A program made the position numbers and the translations under genes. From Rickettsiales bacterium (GTDB lineage: Bacteria > Pseudomonadota > Alphaproteobacteria > Rickettsiales > JABIRX01): a stretch of 64,000 nucleotides of DNA. This document shows positions 36,659 through 46,112 of this stretch, in pieces (position 1 is the stretch's first letter; the number at the start of each line of letters is the position of its first letter). The stretch spans positions 80,774 to 144,773 of the forward strand of contig JAWUXM010000002.1 of the NCBI GenBank assembly GCA_034111325.1. The letters run 5' to 3'. The notes beneath the pieces are model-generated. The model saw only the letters and a list, made by a program, of their open reading frames with translations, did no database searches and was not told where the DNA came from.

Positions 36659-37639
36659 ATGCAAAATCTCAGTACAGCCGACAAAACTATAAAGGAAGAT
36701 CTTTACTCGCCAAAGCAATTAAAAGAGATACTCGCCTTGTTTGAACTGCCGTTTAATGATTTATTATTCAAAGCGCAGCAAATACATCGTGAAAATTTTA
36801 AACCTAATGAAGTACAGGTTTCTAGCCTTTTAAGCATCAAAACCGCCTCTTGCCCTGAGGATTGTAAATATTGTCCACAATCGGCTCATAATAAAACTGC
36901 TATTGTAAAAGCAGATTTTATTGATGTCAGCGAAGTGGTCAAAAATGCACAAGCTGCCAAGGAACAGGGTGCAACACGCTTTTGCATGGGGGCTGCTTGG
37001 CGCCAACTACATGATCGTGACCTTGATAAGGTTTGTGATATGGTCAAAGCAGTAAAAGATCTAGGACTGGAGAGTTGCGTTACGTTAGGCATGTTAGATA
37101 AAGCACAAAGCACAAAACTCAAAGAAGCAGGGCTGGATTATTACAATCACAATCTCGATACTTCTCGTGAATATTACAAAGAAATCATTACTACACGTAC
37201 TTATGATGACCGTTTAAATACACTAAAAAACATCAAAGAAGCAGGGCTAAAAACCTGCTCTGGCGGTATTGTAGGCATGGGCGAGACACGAATTGATCGT
37301 GCTAAAATGCTTGCGACGTTAGCAGGGTTAGATAAGCAGCCAGAAAGCGTCCCTATTAATCGCTTAGTGAAAGTTCCCGGTACGCCACTTGCAAATGTCG
37401 ATGATATTGATGATTTCGAATTCATTAGAACAATAGCTATTGCACGAATTATATTAAAAAAATCATATGTGAGATTATCCGCTGGACGTGAAGAAATGAG
37501 CGATGAAACCCAGGCTCTCTGCTTCTTTGCGGGGGCTAACTCAATTTTCTATGGTGAGAAATTATTAACCCAATCTAATCCTTCTGTAAAAAAAGATTTG
37601 CATTTATTAAAAAAGCTTGGCATTAAACTAGAAGCGTAA
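36659..37639 (+). CDS. bioB: Biotin synthase
   Basis: Radical-SAM cluster motif [11 protein letters not shown], plus FCMGAAWR and YNHNLDTS. Confidence 0.95.
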   Translation: MQNLSTADKTIKEDLYSPKQLKEILALFELPFNDLLFKAQQIHRENFKPNEVQVSSLLSIKTASCPEDCKYCPQSAHNKTAIVKADFIDVSEVVKNAQAAKEQGATRFCMGAAWRQLHDRDLDKVCDMVKAVKDLGLESCVTLGMLDKAQSTKLKEAGLDYYNHNLDTSREYYKEIITTRTYDDRLNTLKNIKEAGLKTCSGGIVGMGETRIDRAKMLATLAGLDKQPESVPINRLVKVPGTPLANVDDIDDFEFIRTIAIARIILKKSYVRLSAGREEMSDETQALCFFAGANSIFYGEKLLTQSNPSVKKDLHLLKKLGIKLEA

Positions 37640-37726
37640 TGCAATATTACTGCTAATAGCAAAAACCCCCTTTGCTTTTTTAATATTGTGATCTTGCATT
37701 ACGCAATCTTACGAGAGAGATATGAC

Positions 37727-38281
37727 ATGTTAAATATACCCTATTCACCAGCCAGAGTGGCAAATAGCTTTTTAGCCTTGGCTAACAAGAATAATGCCAC
37801 TATTACGCAAATGCAGATCCAAAGTCTGATCTACCTTGCGCAAGGCTGGTGTCTAGCTCTCAAAAACAAGCCTTTAATCAACGAAGCCTTGCTTGCTTGG
37901 CGCTTCGGCACAATCTCCACGTCAATTTTTCATGAGTTCAAACATTTTGGCAACGGCGCCATCAAATCACCAATGTTAGAGCTTCTCGTTGAAAAGGGTA
38001 ATGCACGCTGGCATCATACGACAATATCAGACACTGACAAATTTACTATGAACCTTCTTGCAGAAATTTGGGAATCTTACAGCGACTATCAGACTGACGA
38101 ACTAACCCAGATGACCTGCTGCGCTAAAAGCCCTTGGCAAAAAATATATAAAATAGGAGAGAAAGAAGGCATTGTTTTTGGCAAAGAAGTTCCCAATTGT
38201 GATATAAAAGAGTTCTTTCTAAGTAACCTCGCAACGAAAACCCCGCAAATTCCTCTGTTGGAGAATTCTCCTGCAACTTAA
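37727..38281 (+). CDS. Panacea-domain (DUF4065, SocA/PanA-like) protein, orphan
   Basis: ITQMQIQSLIYLAQGWCLALKNKPLINEALLAWRFGTISTSIFHEFKHFG matches the DUF4065 core pattern (LQKLLYxAQGW...PLFxExxxAWxxGPVxxxxYxxFKxFG). The likely start is ATG 37727; the track ORF starts at GTG 37688. Confidence 0.7.
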   Translation: MLNIPYSPARVANSFLALANKNNATITQMQIQSLIYLAQGWCLALKNKPLINEALLAWRFGTISTSIFHEFKHFGNGAIKSPMLELLVEKGNARWHHTTISDTDKFTMNLLAEIWESYSDYQTDELTQMTCCAKSPWQKIYKIGEKEGIVFGKEVPNCDIKEFFLSNLATKTPQIPLLENSPAT

Positions 38282-38290
38282 AAAGCGGTA

Positions 38291-39661
38291 TTAAACCAAC
38301 CTTTTTAAAACTTCCTCCTTTCCCAAAACCTCCATTGCCTCAAAAATACTCGGTGAGATGTTTGAGCCAGTAAGCGCTGCGCGAATTACCTGTGCATAAT
38401 CTTTTAACTTTGCACCTTTTGCTTCAACATAAGCCTTTAAATCCTCATAAAGCGCTTGATGATCAAAATCTGTAGTTTCACCAACAAAGCCGATGATTTC
38501 CGCAAGTAACTCTTTATTTGCAGATAGAATCTCTTGCGCCTTATCATTTAATATCAGTTCTCTATCTAGCAGAAACAACGCAGAATTAGCTATTTCCTGC
38601 GGGAAAATCGCCCTCTCTTTAAGGGAATTCATCATTTTTAAAATTCTATTTTTTTCAACATCACTAATTTCACCTGTAATGAACGGCAAAATTAACTCTA
38701 AAATATCTACGTTAGGCTTTTGTCGTAAATAATAAGCATTGAGATTATCTAGCTTCTTTCTATCAAACCGCGCTGGTGATTTACCAATTGCTTCAATATT
38801 AAACCATTCCTGCGCTTGCTTATCTGAAATTATTTCATCATCACCATGCGACCAGCCCAAACGTAATAAGTAATTACGTACAGCCTCAGGAAGGTAGCCA
38901 GCATCGGCATAGTCTGTAAGCGCCGTTGCTCCGTGTCTTTTCGACATTTTCTTACCATCTTCGCCATAGATCAACGGGATATGAGCGAATTGCGGAACTT
39001 GCCAGCCTAAAGCTTCAAATAATATTTTTTGCCTTGTTGAATTGGTTAAATGGTCATCACCACGAATTATATGAGTGATGTTCATGTCATAATCATCAAC
39101 AACGACCGCTAACATATAGGTTGGTGTGCCATCACCACGTAAAATCACAAAATCATCTAATTCAGAATTTTGCACAACCACCCTGCCCTGCACAAGATCC
39201 TCTATTACCGTTTCGCCTTCAAGCGGTGCTTTTATACGAATCACTGGTTGGACATCTTGTGGAATAGTTTTGTCTCCTGCATCACGCCAACGATTATCAT
39301 ATTTAAAGCGTTGATTGTTATTTTGTGCTGCTTGCCGCAATTCATCTAACTCTTCCTTAGATGAATAACAATAATAGGCTTTGCCCTCAGCCAATAATTG
39401 ATGCGCAACTTCTTTGTGGCGCTCAATATTAGCTGATTGATAGATTATTTCATCATCATAATCCAACCCAAGCCATCTCAAACCATCAACAATAACTTGC
39501 TTAGCATCTTCTGTCGAGCGCGCTACATCAGTATCCTCAACTCGCAATAGGAATTTACCTTTTGTTGCCTTAGCAAATAAGTAATTAAACAAAGCCGTCC
39601 TTGCGCCGCCTATATGTAATTGACCAGTTGGTGACGGAGCGAATCTTACAATATTTGTCAT
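38291..39661 (-). CDS. gltX: Glutamate--tRNA ligase
   Basis: HIGH motif (PTGQLHIGGARTALFN) and KMSKS-type KMSKR. Confidence 0.95.
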   Translation of the reverse strand: MTNIVRFAPSPTGQLHIGGARTALFNYLFAKATKGKFLLRVEDTDVARSTEDAKQVIVDGLRWLGLDYDDEIIYQSANIERHKEVAHQLLAEGKAYYCYSSKEELDELRQAAQNNNQRFKYDNRWRDAGDKTIPQDVQPVIRIKAPLEGETVIEDLVQGRVVVQNSELDDFVILRGDGTPTYMLAVVVDDYDMNITHIIRGDDHLTNSTRQKILFEALGWQVPQFAHIPLIYGEDGKKMSKRHGATALTDYADAGYLPEAVRNYLLRLGWSHGDDEIISDKQAQEWFNIEAIGKSPARFDRKKLDNLNAYYLRQKPNVDILELILPFITGEISDVEKNRILKMMNSLKERAIFPQEIANSALFLLDRELILNDKAQEILSANKELLAEIIGFVGETTDFDHQALYEDLKAYVEAKGAKLKDYAQVIRAALTGSNISPSIFEAMEVLGKEEVLKRLV

Positions 39662-39793
39662 GTTTTTTGTACAATAGTTGTGTAAATTGAGAGAAGCCTT
39701 GATTTGCGCGGAAAAACTATTGCAAATAGATTTACTGTCTATATGTTTACACCCTCATTTTTATAAACAACAAGTAAAATTAAGTTCTTTATT

Positions 39794-40357
39794 ATGTCAA
39801 TTAAGTTAAGGTTTGCAAGGGGAGGAAGCAAAAAAAATCCATTTTATAGATTAGTTGCAACAGACACACGTTCACCACGTGATGGAAAATTCCTAGAAAA
39901 AGTAGGTACGTACGATCCGATGCTAGATTCTAAGGATGAAAATCGTTTCACCTTCAAGCTAGACAGAGTAGAATATTGGCTTTCTAAAGGCGCAACACCG
40001 TCTGAAAAAGTAGCTGTATTATTATTTAACAAAGATGTTCCCATCCCTACGAAATACTTACCTTTTTCTTATCCTAAAAGCAAAAAAGAGTTGGAAGAAT
40101 TAAGAACAACAAGAGATCAAAAGAAAGCTGACGAACTCCAAGCAAAGCTTGATGCAGCTAAAAAACTAGAGGATGAAGCAGCAGCAGCTACAAAAGCTGC
40201 AGACGATGAAGCAGCGGCGGCTACAAAAGCTGCTGAAGCTGAAGCAAAAGCCGCTAGCGATGCAGAAGCTGCAAACGCTCCTGAGCCTGTAGTGGAAGAA
40301 ACTCCTAGCGAAACTCCAGCAGAAGCAGAAAAACCTGCAGAAAAAACAGGCGAATAA
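39794..40357 (+). CDS. rpsP: 30S ribosomal protein S16 with long Ala/Glu/Lys-rich C-terminal extension
   Basis: MSIKLRFARGGSKKNPFYRLVATDTRSPRDGKFLEKVGTYDP is the S16 core. The remaining ~100 aa are low-complexity and include a 33-bp tandem repeat. Confidence 0.9.
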   Translation: MSIKLRFARGGSKKNPFYRLVATDTRSPRDGKFLEKVGTYDPMLDSKDENRFTFKLDRVEYWLSKGATPSEKVAVLLFNKDVPIPTKYLPFSYPKSKKELEELRTTRDQKKADELQAKLDAAKKLEDEAAAATKAADDEAAAATKAAEAEAKAASDAEAANAPEPVVEETPSETPAEAEKPAEKTGE

Positions 40358-40385
40358 GCTTCTATGTTTCGATTTATTTTCTAGC

Positions 40386-40901
40386 ATGCCGAATAAACAT
40401 TACGTCTCTATCGGCAAAATTACCAGCGCACATGGCATTAAAGGCCTCGTGAAAATCCGCCATTACCTAGAAAACGCTAATGATTTCCTAAATTATGGCG
40501 AAATTTCCGACCAAAATGGACAAAAACTAGATATCCAAATCAATGGCAAAAAGGGTGATTTACTAATCGCTGCACTTAAAAATGTTACTGACCGAAATGG
40601 TACAGAAGCTTTGCGTGATCTGGAATTATTCGTTCCGCGCGAAAAATTACCGAAAATTACCGATAAAAGCTTTTACCATATCGACCTAATTGGTCTTACG
40701 GTTCTGAAAAAAAACAAAGATATGGTTGGTAGTGTTAAGGATGTACATAATTATGGAGCAGGGGATATTATTGAAATTCTACTGGAAAATGGCAAAACAC
40801 TGCTTTTTCCCTTTTCTGATAACATCTTCCCTGAAGTGAATTTGGCAGAAAAATTCATTACTATTAAATTCCCCGAAGAAATTATTGCCAAAGAAGATTA
40901 A
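40386..40901 (+). CDS. rimM: Ribosome maturation factor RimM
   Basis: IGKITSAHGIKGLVKI N-terminus, a PRC-barrel C-terminus, and position between rpsP and trmD. Confidence 0.85.
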   Translation: MPNKHYVSIGKITSAHGIKGLVKIRHYLENANDFLNYGEISDQNGQKLDIQINGKKGDLLIAALKNVTDRNGTEALRDLELFVPREKLPKITDKSFYHIDLIGLTVLKKNKDMVGSVKDVHNYGAGDIIEILLENGKTLLFPFSDNIFPEVNLAEKFITIKFPEEIIAKED

Positions 40902-40902
40902 C

Positions 40903-41616
40903 ATGAAATTTAATATTCTAACCTTATTCCCAGAGATGTACCCTGGGCCTCTTGGCCGCTCTTTAAGCGGCAAGGCGCTAGAAAAAGGCTTGTGGAATTT
41001 AGAAGTAACAAACATTAGGGACTTTGCCGAGGACACCCATAAAACCGTGGATGACAAGGGTTTTGGTGGTGGCAATGGCTTGGTGATGAAGCCTGATATT
41101 TTAGGAAAAGCATTAGACCATGTAATTGCTAAACAACCATCACCACCAACGATATATTATATGTCGCCACGTGGCAAGCCACTCTCGCAAAAGAAAATAG
41201 TTGATATTGTAAAGAAAAACAATATTGTGCTGCTCGCTGGTCGCTATGAAGGCATTGATGAGCGTGTAATTGAGGAATATAACATTGAGGAACTTAGCCT
41301 TGGTGACTTTATTCTCTCAGGGGGTGAAATCGCGACATTTGCAATTATGGATGCCTGTGTTAGGCTGCTGCCCGATGTAATCGAGAACTTAGAAACTCTT
41401 GATTATGAAAGCTTCACCTATGCAGGAAAACCTTCAGCTTTGCTAGAGTATCCTCACTATACTAGACCAAATGTTTGGAATGGTAGGGAAGTCCCAGAGA
41501 TTTTACTTTCTGGTGATCATGCAAAAATTGCTAAGTGGCGCCTAAAGAAGGCAGAAGAGCTTACAGAAAAAAGAAGGCCCGATTTATGGGAACAACATAT
41601 TAAAGATAAGATTTAA
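40903..41616 (+). CDS. trmD: tRNA (guanine37-N1)-methyltransferase
   Basis: [13 protein letters not shown]..., [10 protein letters not shown] and [15 protein letters not shown] 40903 lies 1 nt after the rimM stop; the track begins at 40885. Confidence 0.9.
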   Translation: MKFNILTLFPEMYPGPLGRSLSGKALEKGLWNLEVTNIRDFAEDTHKTVDDKGFGGGNGLVMKPDILGKALDHVIAKQPSPPTIYYMSPRGKPLSQKKIVDIVKKNNIVLLAGRYEGIDERVIEEYNIEELSLGDFILSGGEIATFAIMDACVRLLPDVIENLETLDYESFTYAGKPSALLEYPHYTRPNVWNGREVPEILLSGDHAKIAKWRLKKAEELTEKRRPDLWEQHIKDKI

Positions 41617-41632
41617 TTTTAGAGGTTATAAA

Positions 41633-42076
41633 ATGTCATCGATTGTACAAAATTTTGAAAAAGCTGAAGTAGCTAGATTATCTGAAGGAAAAAGCATTCC
41701 TGATTTCAGAGCTGGTGATACGTTAAAAGTTGGCGTAAAAATCGTCGAAGGTGATACTGAGCGCCTACAATATTTCGAAGGGCTGTGTATTGCAAAATCT
41801 AACAACGCTCTAAGTTCAAGCTTTACTGTGCGTAAAATCTCTAACGGGGAAGGCGTTGAAAGAAAATTCCCACTATATTCACCACGTGTTGATTCAATCA
41901 CCCTCATAAGAAAAGGAATCGTAAAAAGAGCGAAGCTCTATTACATGCGTGAATTACGCGGTAAAGCTTCCCGTATTAAAGAAAAGATGGATCTTAACTT
42001 CAAGAAGAAAGTAGCTCAGCCTGCGGTTAAAGCAGCACCAGCGAAAGCATCTTCTGCTCCACAAGAAGACAACTAA
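41633..42076 (+). CDS. rplS: 50S ribosomal protein L19
   Basis: [12 protein letters not shown]..., the [12 protein letters not shown] core, and YSPRVDSI. Confidence 0.9.
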   Translation: MSSIVQNFEKAEVARLSEGKSIPDFRAGDTLKVGVKIVEGDTERLQYFEGLCIAKSNNALSSSFTVRKISNGEGVERKFPLYSPRVDSITLIRKGIVKRAKLYYMRELRGKASRIKEKMDLNFKKKVAQPAVKAAPAKASSAPQEDN

Positions 42077-42112
42077 GCCAGATTCTTACTGGCTGTAAAA
42101 AACTTTATAAAC

Positions 42113-43534
42113 ATGCCAGCACCTAGTACTTTATATGACAAAATTTGGGACAACCATTTAGTAACAACTAAGGATGATGGTGTTGCTATTTTATATGTTG
42201 ATCACCACTTAATTCATGAAGTTACCAGCCCACAAGCTTTCGAAGGTTTGCGTTTAGCAAATCAAAAACCACGCAATCCAAAAGCTGCCTTAGCGGTTGC
42301 TGATCATAATATTCCTACCGAAAACAGGGCAGGGGGAATCAAAGATAAAACATCACGCATTCAAATCGAAACTTTAGAGCATAATTGTGCAGAATTCGGC
42401 ATTGAATATTTCCCAATTAATGATGTTCGTCAAGGAATCGTACATATTATAGGACCTGAGCAAGGCTTTACACAACCGGGGATGACAATTGTCTGTGGGG
42501 ATTCGCACACTTCAACACATGGTGCGTTTGGTGCCTTAGCTTTTGGTATTGGCACAAGTGAAGTTGAACATGTTTTAGCAACTCAAACCTTATTACAAAG
42601 CAAAGCCAAAAATATGTTAATCCATATTGAAGGTGACTTGCACCCTGGCTTTACTGCTAAAGATATAATATTAGCCATAATAGCCAAAACTGGCACAGCT
42701 GGCGGCACAGGTTATGTTGTCGAATTTACAGGCAAGGTGATCGAAAGCCTTTCTATGGAAGGACGCATGACTATCTGCAACATGTCAATTGAGCTTGGTG
42801 CTAGAGCAGGTTTAATTGCTCCAGATCAAACTACATTTAACTATCTAAAAGGACGACCTAAGTCACCAAAAGGAACAGACTTTGACAAAGCACAAGCGTT
42901 TTGGCAAAGCCTATATTCTGATGAAGGCGCTAAATATGATAAAGAAATTACTTTAGACATAAGCGATATTGCTCCTGTTGTTACTTGGGGAACGAGCCCT
43001 GAGGATGTTGTGCCTATTACTGGCAATGTTCCTGACCCTGCTAATGAAACAGATAATGGTCGTCGCGCATCAAAACAACGCTCGCTTGAATATATGGATT
43101 TAACCGCTGGCATGGCCATTGAGGATATCAAAATCGATAAAGTCTTTATTGGCTCTTGTACCAATTCACGCATTGAGGATCTGCGCTCTGTGGCAGATTT
43201 AGTTAAAGGAAAGCAGGTTAATCAAAAGATTTATGCAATGATTGTGCCGGGTTCTGGCTTAGTAAAACAACAAGCTGAGGAAGAGGGTTTGGACAAAATT
43301 TTTATTGCAGCAGGTTTTGATTGGCGTGAAGCGGGTTGCTCTATGTGTTTAGCAATGAATGCTGATCAATTAGAACCCGGTGAGCGCTGCGCCTCTACTT
43401 CAAATCGTAATTTTGAGGGCAGACAGGGCAGGGGAGGGCGCACACATCTTATGAGTCCAATTATGGCAGCAGCCGCAGCTATTAACGGTCATTTAACTGA
43501 CGTTAGGGCAATGCTCAATGCCTCAGCAAAATAA
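42113..43534 (+). CDS. leuC: 3-isopropylmalate dehydratase large subunit
   Basis: [26 protein letters not shown] and [11 protein letters not shown] aconitase-family motifs. Confidence 0.9.
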   Translation: MPAPSTLYDKIWDNHLVTTKDDGVAILYVDHHLIHEVTSPQAFEGLRLANQKPRNPKAALAVADHNIPTENRAGGIKDKTSRIQIETLEHNCAEFGIEYFPINDVRQGIVHIIGPEQGFTQPGMTIVCGDSHTSTHGAFGALAFGIGTSEVEHVLATQTLLQSKAKNMLIHIEGDLHPGFTAKDIILAIIAKTGTAGGTGYVVEFTGKVIESLSMEGRMTICNMSIELGARAGLIAPDQTTFNYLKGRPKSPKGTDFDKAQAFWQSLYSDEGAKYDKEITLDISDIAPVVTWGTSPEDVVPITGNVPDPANETDNGRRASKQRSLEYMDLTAGMAIEDIKIDKVFIGSCTNSRIEDLRSVADLVKGKQVNQKIYAMIVPGSGLVKQQAEEEGLDKIFIAAGFDWREAGCSMCLAMNADQLEPGERCASTSNRNFEGRQGRGGRTHLMSPIMAAAAAINGHLTDVRAMLNASAK

Positions 43535-43749
43535 CAAAACATCCTATATAAACAGACTCTAGGATCCTCAGGCGGAAAGATTTGTGTTTTGCTGTATTTT
43601 CAGCCAGTGGCAACATAGACGATTATGTTTTATTTTACCTAAGTAGCCAAGACTTATCGAAACATTCTTAGCAAATCGCTGATATTTTTTTAACTTGCGT
43701 GATATAGATTTTTACCGCAGGATTACCCAAAAATACACTTATCTCGCCA

Positions 43750-44376
43750 ATGTCACACGAAAGACATAAATTATCCACATCAGATTTCCTTCACCATGTT
43801 GTTAGAGATGGCAATTCGGACCGCATTACTCTTATTGACTTGATGCATTCTATCCATGAACGGGGGTTTGGCCTATTAACCTTAATTTTCTCGCTTCCTT
43901 TAGCGATACCTATGCCTTATATTCCAGGGCTTACTACTATACTTGCTGCACCATTATTGCTTTTTTCCATACAAATGATGATTGGCTCAAATGCGCCTTG
44001 GTTGCCTAAATGGTTAGCTCATAAATCAATACGCAGACAAACTTTAGCTAAAATCATTGAAAAAGCTTCGCCAATTCTCAGGCGTTTTGAAAAACTCCTC
44101 CGTTTACGTTTAGACTTTATTAGCTCTAATTGGGGTCATAAAGTCATTGGTTTTTTTATGATAATTTTTACGATCTCAATTGCGATACCTCTTCCACTTA
44201 CCAATCTATTGCCCGCGATTGGCATATTGCTTATATCACTAGGCTTGCTAAGTAGGGACGGGATCATTATAATTTGCGGGATTTTAATCGGGGTTATCGG
44301 CGTAGTGTTTACTGGCGCAGTTTTACTCCTTGGCAAAAAAATCGTTTTTGGTATAATTCACTCAATATTTAATTAA
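43750..44376 (+). CDS. Exopolysaccharide biosynthesis protein ExoD family (membrane)
   Basis: ITLIDLMHSIHERGFGLLTLIFSLPLAIPMP is typical of the ExoD family N-terminus. Multiple TM segments follow. Confidence 0.7.
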   Translation: MSHERHKLSTSDFLHHVVRDGNSDRITLIDLMHSIHERGFGLLTLIFSLPLAIPMPYIPGLTTILAAPLLLFSIQMMIGSNAPWLPKWLAHKSIRRQTLAKIIEKASPILRRFEKLLRLRLDFISSNWGHKVIGFFMIIFTISIAIPLPLTNLLPAIGILLISLGLLSRDGIIIICGILIGVIGVVFTGAVLLLGKKIVFGIIHSIFN

Positions 44377-44382
44377 AGAGAT

Positions 44383-45291
44383 ATGCATATTGAAAAAAAA
44401 GAGCGCTTAGCAAAGCCTGATTGGATAAGAGTCAAAGCGCCAAACTCCAAAAGCTTTGGCGATACGAAAGATCTTATCAAGAGCCTAGGACTTAATACAG
44501 TCTGCGAAGAGGCCGCCTGTCCAAATATTGGCGAATGTTGGAGCAAAAAACATGTTACAGTGATGATTCTTGGTTCAGTTTGCACAAGAGCTTGCGCCTT
44601 CTGCAACATCAAAACTGGTACGCCCGATTTACTTGATCCACATGAACCAGAAAATCTTGCTAAAGCAGTAAAAGGCCTTGGTCTTGAACATATGGTAATT
44701 ACTTCTGTTGACCGTGATGATTTGCCTGATGGTGGCGCTGAGCATTTCGCACAATGTATTACAAATATTCGTCAAACCTCGCCCAAAACAACGATTGAAG
44801 TTCTCACGCCTGATTTCTTACGGAAAGGCGATTCTTATCTAAAAGTCGTAGAAGCAAAACCAGATGTATTTAATCATAATATTGAAACTGTGCCAAGCCT
44901 TTATAATAAAATCCGTCCTGGTGCACGTTATTTTAATTCGCTAAATTTACTAAAAAGAGTCAAAGAAGCAGACCCGACAATTTTTACTAAATCAGGCATT
45001 ATGGTAGGACTTGGCGAAACAAAAGATGAAGTCTTGCAATTAATGGATGATTTACGCGCTGCAGAGGTTGATTTCATGACAATAGGTCAATATCTTCGCC
45101 CAACCCCAAAACATGCTAAAATTGATCGCTTTGTGAATCCTGAAGAGTTTAAATATTATGAAAGAGTGGCAAAAGCTAAAGGCTTCCTCATGGTTTCTAG
45201 CTCACCACTAACTCGCTCTTCTTACCATGCGGGTGATGATTTTGCAATTATGCGTAAAAACAGAGAGGAACAGTTACAAAAGGCTAATTAA
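44383..45291 (+). CDS. lipA: Lipoyl synthase
   Basis: [13 protein letters not shown] and the radical-SAM motif CTRACAFC. Confidence 0.95.
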   Translation: MHIEKKERLAKPDWIRVKAPNSKSFGDTKDLIKSLGLNTVCEEAACPNIGECWSKKHVTVMILGSVCTRACAFCNIKTGTPDLLDPHEPENLAKAVKGLGLEHMVITSVDRDDLPDGGAEHFAQCITNIRQTSPKTTIEVLTPDFLRKGDSYLKVVEAKPDVFNHNIETVPSLYNKIRPGARYFNSLNLLKRVKEADPTIFTKSGIMVGLGETKDEVLQLMDDLRAAEVDFMTIGQYLRPTPKHAKIDRFVNPEEFKYYERVAKAKGFLMVSSSPLTRSSYHAGDDFAIMRKNREEQLQKAN

Positions 45292-46109
45292 CTTTTATCC
45301 TGTTGTAATAACTGTGCTAATTGCCCTGTGATCGTAGTTTTCTGATATTTCTCTACAGACTGAATTTCCTTAATTGGCATAATTCCCCACGCAACATTAC
45401 AAATAAACACCTCCTCTGCGCCTTTCAGATCCTTTAGTTTATAATTGCCTTCTATAACAGGGTAGGGAGATAAGCGAGCAACGGCAGCACGAGTTGTGCC
45501 CTCAACGATTGATGAATCGAGGCTTGGCGTATATAATTTACCTTTTTTATACCAAAAAATATTTGCTGACGAGGTTTCACAAACTTGACCTTTATCGCCT
45601 AACAACAAAACATCGAACACGCCTTTCTCTTGCGCCTCTAACCTTGCTAAAGTTGAGCCAACACCTTGCATCAATTTACTATTTGTCGGCAGGCTTGCTA
45701 AAGGAAGTTTTTGATATTGCGAAATTGCTAGAGTTTTTGCTGCCTTATCAATTTTTTTAACCTTAACTGTTTCAATAATGATTGTTGCTTTCTTACTAGT
45801 TGGTAAATAACCAATACTACCAATACCACGGCTGACTGAGATGCGCAGAAAACCCTTTGTGATATTATTCTTTTTGATTAGGAGTAGGCTATTGCGCTCT
45901 AATTTACTTAGATCCGTATTGATTTTTAGTTCTGCCAAACCTTGTTTTAGGCGCTTAAGATGCAAGGCCCATTGATACGGCTTTGCGTTATGAATATAAA
46001 TTGTTTCAAAAACACCATCGCCAAATCTGAAGCCTCGTTCAGTGATTGATATTTTTGCCTGGTTAGCTGGTAAGAAATTACCTTTTACGAAACTATATTC
46101 TATATCCAT
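45288..46109 (-). CDS. Class IV (fold type IV) PLP aminotransferase family protein (PabC/D-amino-acid/BCAT-like)
   Basis: [12 protein letters not shown]-terminal motif and ~270 aa length. I cannot resolve the subfamily by eye. Confidence 0.65.
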   Translation of the reverse strand: MDIEYSFVKGNFLPANQAKISITERGFRFGDGVFETIYIHNAKPYQWALHLKRLKQGLAELKINTDLSKLERNSLLLIKKNNITKGFLRISVSRGIGSIGYLPTSKKATIIIETVKVKKIDKAAKTLAISQYQKLPLASLPTNSKLMQGVGSTLARLEAQEKGVFDVLLLGDKGQVCETSSANIFWYKKGKLYTPSLDSSIVEGTTRAAVARLSPYPVIEGNYKLKDLKGAEEVFICNVAWGIMPIKEIQSVEKYQKTTITGQLAQLLQQDKS

Positions 46110-46112
46110 AAA

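Noticed and set aside
43551-43600. CTCTAGGATCCTCAGGCGGAAAGATTTGTGTTTT after leuC, resembling the right flank of the parS module (ACAGGATCCCGCAGATAACTAAGCTTTGTGTTTTT)
   Set aside because: The similarity is patchy and no parS core is present. It could be a decayed module, but the evidence is too weak to call.
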